DNA from: Algoriphagus sp.
Lineage (GTDB): Bacteria; Bacteroidota; Bacteroidia; Cytophagales; Cyclobacteriaceae
Reading direction: 5' to 3'
Length of the DNA stretch: 64,000 nt
NCBI RefSeq assembly: GCF_039969895.1
Contig: NZ_JBDVMZ010000008.1
Location: 66,262-130,261, forward strand
Below the pieces are notes generated by a model. It saw only the letters and a program-made list of their open reading frames with translations. It did not search any database and had not been told where the DNA came from. Below are positions 58,698 through 64,000 of this stretch, piece by piece; positions within the stretch are counted from its first letter, which is position 1, and each line of letters begins with the position of its first letter. The position numbers were made by a program, and so were the translations under genes.

Positions 58698-60032
58698 TTA
58701 TTTCATTTCTTCTTCTTTAACCTTCTCCGCCCAGTTAAATCTATCTTGAGGGCTAAACTTCCATGGTGCAAAGCTGGTTTCCATGTTTTGGAACATTGCA
58801 TTCCACTGTGGCGGAGTTCCTGATTCTTCCATGGCCACGTAGCGACGCATATCTAGTATGATAGCCAGCGGATCTATATTCACAGGACAAGCTTCCACGC
58901 AGGCATTGCAACTGGTACAGGCATTCAATTCCTCTTTCGTGATGTAATCTCCTAGCAGCGACTTTCCATCTTCTAATCCCTTTCCTCCAGCATCTAAGCT
59001 TTTCCCAACTTCCTCTGCACGATCCCGCACATCCATCATGATTTTACGAGGAGATAGCTTTTTCCCCGTCAAATTAGCCGGACACTCAGCAGTACATCGA
59101 CCACATTCTGTGCAGGAATAGGCATTCATTACATTGATCCAGCTCAGGTCATTGATGTCCTTGGCTCCGAATCTGGCTATTTCTGCAGGTGCTTCGGTCG
59201 AAGTTTCAGCAGGAATTCCCAGCATCATATTGACCTCATTAGTTACCGCAGGCATATTTTCCATTTCCCCTTTAGGCTTCAGGTTGGAATACCAGGTATT
59301 TGGGAAGGCTAGGAAAATATGAAGATGCTTTGAATAGGTCACATAGATGGCAAAAGCTAAAATTCCTACGATGTGAAACCACCAAGCTGCTCTCTCCACG
59401 AAAATCAAAAATTCCGTACTCATATTTTCGAAGATCGGATGAAGCAACCCACTGAAAAATAAATTGCCAACCACCAAGTAATGATCAACTCCTCTGGCAG
59501 CCAGAATTTGATCCGCTGCGTTCATTTTCAATATCGCCATCATCAAAACGATCTCGATAACAAGAATCAGATTACCATCCATAGCCGGCCATCCCTTCAT
59601 CTCAGGCTTGGTAAATCGAGGCACTTTGACCACATTTCTCCGAATCAAAAAGATGATACATGAAACCAAAACAGTGAAGGCGAGAAACTCAAATAGATTC
59701 ATCGCAGCGGTATAGACGCCTCCCAAGAATGGGGCAAATAGTCGGTGCGTACCCAAAATTCCGTCTAGCACAAACTCTAAAACCTCCAAGTTGATCACCA
59801 AAAAGCCCACGTAAACGAACAAATGAAGAAAAGCAGGGATAAATCGCTTGAACATTTTCTGCTGACCAAAGGCAACCAGCAACATTGTTTTCCATCGCTT
59901 CTCAGGTTGGTCGTTTCTAATTTTGGCTTTGCCCAAAAAGATGTTGCGGCGAAGAAATTTAACTCGCTTGATCAAAAAGAAGCTTGCTGCCCCTAAAATG
60001 ATCAAAAATATAAGTTGAGGTAAAAGGCTCAT
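58698..60032 (-). CDS. Membrane (Fe-S) oxidoreductase: NarI/HdrE-like TM region + 2x[4Fe-4S] (FadF N-terminal-like)
   Basis: Multiple TMs with His; SCTECGRCTAECP and ACTSCNACVEACP motifs. Confidence 0.9.
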   Translation of the reverse strand: MSLLPQLIFLIILGAASFFLIKRVKFLRRNIFLGKAKIRNDQPEKRWKTMLLVAFGQQKMFKRFIPAFLHLFVYVGFLVINLEVLEFVLDGILGTHRLFAPFLGGVYTAAMNLFEFLAFTVLVSCIIFLIRRNVVKVPRFTKPEMKGWPAMDGNLILVIEIVLMMAILKMNAADQILAARGVDHYLVVGNLFFSGLLHPIFENMSTEFLIFVERAAWWFHIVGILAFAIYVTYSKHLHIFLAFPNTWYSNLKPKGEMENMPAVTNEVNMMLGIPAETSTEAPAEIARFGAKDINDLSWINVMNAYSCTECGRCTAECPANLTGKKLSPRKIMMDVRDRAEEVGKSLDAGGKGLEDGKSLLGDYITKEELNACTSCNACVEACPVNIDPLAIILDMRRYVAMEESGTPPQWNAMFQNMETSFAPWKFSPQDRFNWAEKVKEEEMK

Positions 60033-60088
60033 AGTTACTTTATTAGCGTGTTTTCTGGGTTTATCTGTTTATTTTTTTCTAAAATGAC

Positions 60089-60118
60089 TTGCTTCAACAA
60101 CTGAAATATTTACCTTTG
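60089..60118 (+). promoter_or_regulatory. Sigma-70 promoter of tRNA-Phe
   Basis: TTG (60089)-N19-TACCTTTG (60111-60118). Confidence 0.75.
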
Positions 60119-60134
60119 CATCACTTTACAACAA

Positions 60135-60207
60135 GGTGATATAGCTCAGTTGGTAGAGCATCGGACTGAAAATCCGTGAGTCGGTGGTTCGAGTCCACTT
60201 ATCACCA
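60135..60207 (+). tRNA. tRNA-Phe (GAA)
   Basis: Acceptor GGTGATA/TATCACC, D arm GCTC/GAGC, loop CTGAAAA, T arm GGTTCGAGTCC; 73 nt; CCA not encoded. Confidence 0.97.
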
Positions 60208-60208
60208 C

Positions 60209-60237
60209 AAGCCCTGAAGCAATTCAGGGCTTTTTTT
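60209..60237 (+). terminator. Intrinsic terminator after the tRNA
   Basis: AAGCCCTGAA-GCAA-TTCAGGGCTTTTTTT. Confidence 0.85.
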
Positions 60238-60293
60238 ATGGGTTCACTTTTTACCGAAGAGGGCAAAAAGTTTTTCACAGCGGGCACAGCTCG

Positions 60294-60377
60294 ATAGGTA
60301 TGCGAAAGATTCGATGCATGCACTCCCTTACTAATTCCTCTTTCAATTACCCTTTTCATCATTTAATCAACTTTCTG
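60294..60377 (-). pseudogene. Possible tyrosine-recombinase relic
   Basis: QKVD*MMKRVIERGISKGVHASNLSHTY resembles the xxKxxxERAGIxKxVxxHxLRHSF segment; short and degenerate. Confidence 0.3.
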
Positions 60378-60611
60378 ATTCTAATTTACAGAATCATTTT
60401 TTCTATAATAGGTAAGCAAATTAAGAAATAGTAGGCATGCATACTATTTACAAGTGTTATTTAGAAGCATTTTAGTCTAACAGGCCTTCATAGCCAACTA
60501 CAACTAGTGTGGAACAACTTGAGCTCTCCAAAGTTGGAGCCTGTTGAAAAAACTTCTCATTTTTTTCTCACTAACTGTAACATTACATTTCGTCATGCAT
60601 TACCGTACTGA

Positions 60612-61103
60612 ATGAAGTCATTTTTTGAAGCACATATCTGGCCGCTAAGAGGCAGGCTCTACCGGCTGGGGTATCTCTGGGTGAGGGATCGGTCTCTCGC
60701 AGAGGACATGCTTCAGAATGTCTTTGAGAAATCTTTCGAACGGGAAGAAGAACTTCAAAAGCATCCGAATCTTATGGGCTGGCTGGTGGCAAGTTTGAAA
60801 AATGAGGCCTTGATGCATTTTCGCCAGACCAAAAAACTGGACTCACTGGAGGGATTGGAGGAATTGAAATTAGAAGAATCAACTTCCGAAGACACCAAGG
60901 ACTCCGTGCGTCAGGTGATGAACCGTGTGAAAGAGCTGCCTTTGCGACAGCAGGAGATTTTTCACCTGAGAGAAGTGGAAGGCTTGAGCTACGAAGAAAT
61001 AGCCGAGCACTTAACTATAAGTTTGGAACAAGTAAAAGTGAACCTTCACCGAGCCAGAAAAAGTATTCGCGAGCGGATGCTCAACCAAAAATCAACCAAA
61101 TGA
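60612..61103 (+). CDS. ECF RNA polymerase sigma factor
   Basis: LAEDMLQNVF region 2; LPLRQQEIFHLREVEGLSYEEIAE...VKVNLHRARK region 4. Confidence 0.93.
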   Translation: MKSFFEAHIWPLRGRLYRLGYLWVRDRSLAEDMLQNVFEKSFEREEELQKHPNLMGWLVASLKNEALMHFRQTKKLDSLEGLEELKLEESTSEDTKDSVRQVMNRVKELPLRQQEIFHLREVEGLSYEEIAEHLTISLEQVKVNLHRARKSIRERMLNQKSTK

Positions 61104-61195
61104 AATCGTGCATGACTAAAAAGTCAAAAATCAAGTTGACTAAAGCCTATGCGATGATTCCATGCGACTATACAAAGCAATCATTTAACACATGA
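61100..61195 (+). CDS. Possible 31-aa bridging ORF (MKSCMTKKSKIKLTKAYAMIPCDYTKQSFNT)
   Basis: ATG overlaps the sigma TGA, and its TGA overlaps the next ATG. Confidence 0.3.
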   Translation: MKSCMTKKSKIKLTKAYAMIPCDYTKQSFNT

Positions 61196-61620
61196 ACCAG
61201 CGAATAGATGAATTACTCGATAAGTACTGGGATGCCGAGAGCAACCTTGCAGAGGAGCAGGAACTGAAAAAGCTACTTCAGTCAGTGGCAGGTTACGAGG
61301 AAGAGAAAGCTATGTTCTTAGGATTTAATGAGCTCTCTAACGAAGAACCAAGAGTCAAAATGCCTACTAAAGTTGTCCCGCTCAAATCCAGAAATTGGAT
61401 GAGTTGGGCTGCATCTGTGGCGATTCTGCTAGGGTCGATTTACGGCTGGAGCGTTTATGAGCAAAAGCAAGCAGAGGAACAGGCATACCTTGAAGTGATG
61501 CAGGCTTTTGCCTTGATCCAAACTAACCTCGCAAGGGGGCAAGCAGAAATGAACGTAATGAGTGATTTGAAATATTTGAACACCCCCAACCAGTTATTTG
61601 GAAACCCATTAACAAAATAA
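61192..61620 (+). CDS. Putative single-TM anti-sigma factor
   Basis: IDELLDKYWDAESNLAEEQEL cytoplasmic helix, WAASVAILL TM; follows the ECF sigma. Confidence 0.78.
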   Translation: MNQRIDELLDKYWDAESNLAEEQELKKLLQSVAGYEEEKAMFLGFNELSNEEPRVKMPTKVVPLKSRNWMSWAASVAILLGSIYGWSVYEQKQAEEQAYLEVMQAFALIQTNLARGQAEMNVMSDLKYLNTPNQLFGNPLTK

Positions 61621-61623
61621 GCC

Positions 61624-62178
61624 ATGAAGAAATTTCTAATGATACCCTTTTTGCTAATTGCCCTTATCGTTCAGGCACAGGCTCAGGATGATGCTATTCA
61701 GCGTTTTTTCTCCAAATACATGGACGACGATCGTTTTTCCAGAGTCTATATCAGCCCAAAGATGATGCAGATGGCAGGAGGGTTTTTGAAAAGTAATGCC
61801 GGATCAGATCAAGACTCCGAGGATTTGGGAGCTTTAATTCAAAAGGTAAAAGGCATTCGAATTCTTTCCTCCGACGAAGTCAATGGAATGACTTTCTACA
61901 AAGAAGCCATGGGTACGCTTACCAAAAACAAGTATGAAGACCTGATGATCGTCGAAGACAAGGGAAGTAGCCTGAAGTTTATGGTGCGTGAAGAAGGGGG
62001 GTTGGTCAAAGAACTCATGATGATCTCTGGAGAAGAAGGTGATTTCACACTCCTCTCGATGCTAGGAAGCTTTACGTACGAAGATCTGAATCTCCTAGCC
62101 GAAAAGACCGACATCCCAGGAATGGACTTGTACGGTAAAGGGTCGAAAGGGCCAAAAGGACCCAAGGGGGTGAAATAA
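61624..62178 (+). CDS. DUF4252-family secreted protein
   Basis: Signal peptide; FFSKYMDDDRFSRVYISPKMM; YEDLM; ELMMI pattern. Confidence 0.82.
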   Translation: MKKFLMIPFLLIALIVQAQAQDDAIQRFFSKYMDDDRFSRVYISPKMMQMAGGFLKSNAGSDQDSEDLGALIQKVKGIRILSSDEVNGMTFYKEAMGTLTKNKYEDLMIVEDKGSSLKFMVREEGGLVKELMMISGEEGDFTLLSMLGSFTYEDLNLLAEKTDIPGMDLYGKGSKGPKGPKGVK

Positions 62179-62272
62179 GTATCAATTTTCAATTCCCGGA
62201 CGAAAGATGTTTCGCCCCTACTGAAAAATCAATTTCAATAATCTCTATATAAAACCACATTTTACAAGCACT

Positions 62273-62758
62273 ATGAAAAAATTAATTCTAACCCTAGCAT
62301 TGATCGGTTCCGTGATGGCGGCACAGGCACAGAGTAAAAGCGTCAAAGCGCTCTATGATAAATACAAGAGTGACGATGACTTCTTCCATTTAGAGCTAGG
62401 AGGAAATTTCCTAAACTTCGCAGAAGGATTCAAAATCGATATTGATGAAAACGACATGGCTACGGTAGCCAAGTCCATCGAAAAGTTGAATTTCTTTACC
62501 CTACCAGACCATGCAGATGATGCTCGCCAAGAATACAAAACCTTGCAAAAGGGCCTGGAAAAAGAACGGTATGAATTACTCATGGAAGCCTCTGAGGGCA
62601 AAGGCGGTTTGATCGTCTATTCCAAAGGAGGTAAAACTATTTCAGATGTAGTCGTATTAGTCGCAGGTGACGAAGGTGACCTAATGGTGGTAGAACTCAA
62701 AGGATCTTTTGATCAAGAACTAGTAGCAAAAGCCACCAATTATACAGGGAAAAATTAG
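62273..62758 (+). CDS. Second DUF4252-like secreted protein
   Basis: Signal peptide; LYDKYKSDDDFF; YELLME; LMVVELKG; weakly paralogous to the previous ORF. Confidence 0.75.
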   Translation: MKKLILTLALIGSVMAAQAQSKSVKALYDKYKSDDDFFHLELGGNFLNFAEGFKIDIDENDMATVAKSIEKLNFFTLPDHADDARQEYKTLQKGLEKERYELLMEASEGKGGLIVYSKGGKTISDVVVLVAGDEGDLMVVELKGSFDQELVAKATNYTGKN

Positions 62759-62780
62759 TAATTACGGCACCTGCATTCTT

Positions 62781-62810
62781 AAGCGGAACTCACCCAGAGC
62801 TTCCGCTTTT
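62781..62810 (+). terminator. Probable terminator between convergent genes
   Basis: AAGCGGAA...TTCCGCTTTT. Confidence 0.65.
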
Positions 62811-62819
62811 CTATTTTAC

Positions 62820-63101
62820 TTAATTCCTAATCTCCACACCTTTCCAAAATGCGACATAGCCTTTGATCTCAGCTGCCGCAGGTTTGGGGTCTGCGTAATA
62901 CCACGCAGCATCTGAATTCAACTTTCCATCCACTACTACATTAAAATAGGATGCCTTTCCTTTCCATGGACAGCTAGTCTGCGTGTCAGAGGGTTTGAAA
63001 AATTCCTTATTTAAAGCCTGTGGAGGAAAATAATGATTTCCTTCTATAACCTTCGTTTCGCTACTTTCAGCTATTAGTTTATTGTTCCAAAATGCTTTCA
63101 T
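62820..63101 (-). CDS. DUF427-family protein
   Basis: IAES...EGNHYFP, TSCPWKGKASY, AAWYYADP, IKGYVAFW; start moved to ATG 63101. Confidence 0.9.
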   Translation of the reverse strand: MKAFWNNKLIAESSETKVIEGNHYFPPQALNKEFFKPSDTQTSCPWKGKASYFNVVVDGKLNSDAAWYYADPKPAAAEIKGYVAFWKGVEIRN

Positions 63102-63373
63102 AACCTGTGATTTTGAAGTGTAAACAAGCCAAAAGAAGAATCGTTCAAAGTTTTTTCCTAACCAAATAAACATTGGTCTTCCCTTGAAATAAGAAAATGA
63201 TGTCGTGACATGATTTTGTAAAATGGAAATTATACCAATTTTATTCTCCACTAGAACAAAAAGCCCAAACATATCGAGTTTCGCGATCGATTGCGAGCAA
63301 TTTTTATTCATTTATCAACGATTCATACATATTGTTACCATATCGTTAACAAATATCTTTTTATGTTGAAATA

Positions 63374-63404
63374 TTTGCAATTAACCGATCTAGTCGTACC
63401 TTTG
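63374..63404 (+). promoter_or_regulatory. Sigma-70 promoter
   Basis: TTTG (63374)-N19-TACCTTTG (63397-63404). Confidence 0.75.
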
Positions 63405-63528
63405 ACGTGTAATAACAATTCAATCGGCCAACCCGATGAATGATGTAACCCAAAATACCCACCTAGAGACATACCTACTGTCTGGCGGTTACACATAAAA
63501 TCAGAACCTATACAAACCAATTAGTAAA

Positions 63529-64000
63529 ATGAAAAAACTATTCACATTGCTTTTTGTAGCGGGGATCGCTGCAGGAGCCTTTGCAAAATCTGAGGAGACA
63601 ACTGTTCTCATCAGAAAAACCGAAACAACTAAAGTGGCGATATCTTTTAATGAAGCTCCACAAGGAACGGTGATCGTCAAAATCACAGATTCAGAAGATC
63701 GTTTGGTCATGAGAGATAGAATCTCAAAGGAAGAAGCTTTTGCAAAAAAATACGACCTTAAAGCTCTTCCTCAAGGAAACTATTCTGTGGAAGTTACAGA
63801 CGAATCAGGTGTTTTGAGAACTGCCTCTTTCAACAACTTTGTAACTGAAACGCCTTCTGTGTTCTCTAGAGTTACAGAAATGGGAGATGATAAGTACAGA
63901 TTGCTGGTGAGCAATATGCAATCTAAGGAGGTAGAAGTGTTGATCTTCGACGGTGATAAATTAATCCACACAGAGAAAATAGATAATCCACAAGGTCTTC
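63529..64000 (+). CDS. Secreted beta-sandwich protein with tandem T9SS-CTD-like domains (runs off the window)
   Basis: Hand translation MKKLFTLLFVAGIAAGAFA-KSEE...KKYDLKALPQGNYSVEV...; signal peptide; absent from the ORF track because no stop codon falls in the window. Confidence 0.82.
   Translation, partial: MKKLFTLLFVAGIAAGAFAKSEETTVLIRKTETTKVAISFNEAPQGTVIVKITDSEDRLVMRDRISKEEAFAKKYDLKALPQGNYSVEVTDESGVLRTASFNNFVTETPSVFSRVTEMGDDKYRLLVSNMQSKEVEVLIFDGDKLIHTEKIDNPQGL

Noticed and set aside
60126-60362. 78-aa ORF as an intact gene
   Set aside because: Its 3' half is antisense to the tRNA and terminator; only the first 23 codons are kept, as a possible relic.

Overview
Ordinary chromosomal window from a Bacteroidota bacterium; gene content, TAnnTTTG promoters and lipoprotein signals suggest Cyclobacteriaceae/Algoriphagus-like (inference). 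From left to right it holds: an XRE-S24 (LexA-like) repressor divergent from a dinB-dnaE mutagenesis cassette; an alpha/beta hydrolase; a ~1.06 kb hairpin-rich tandem array (320-322 bp units); an SSS transporter + myo-inositol oxygenase operon; an orphan TPR histidine kinase; an acyl-CoA dehydrogenase; a RelE/ParE toxin-antitoxin pair; glpD-glpK-glpF; redox genes (oxyR, ohrR-ohr, quinone reductase, FMN reductase, OYE, ypdA); the dcw cluster (mraZ to ftsZ); a BlaI/BlaR1-like pair with three operator palindromes; an AT-rich islet with an unannotated secreted Cys-rich peptide plus a beta-propeller lipoprotein; tRNA-Phe; and an ECF sigma/anti-sigma/DUF4252 module. The most interesting candidates are the tandem array, the Cys-peptide/beta-propeller islet, the BlaR1-like sensor with eight 18-aa Trp/Pro amphipathic repeats, and an apparent non-AUG start of murG. 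No CRISPR array, rRNA or intact transposase was seen. All family calls come from motif recognition by eye; no searches were run.
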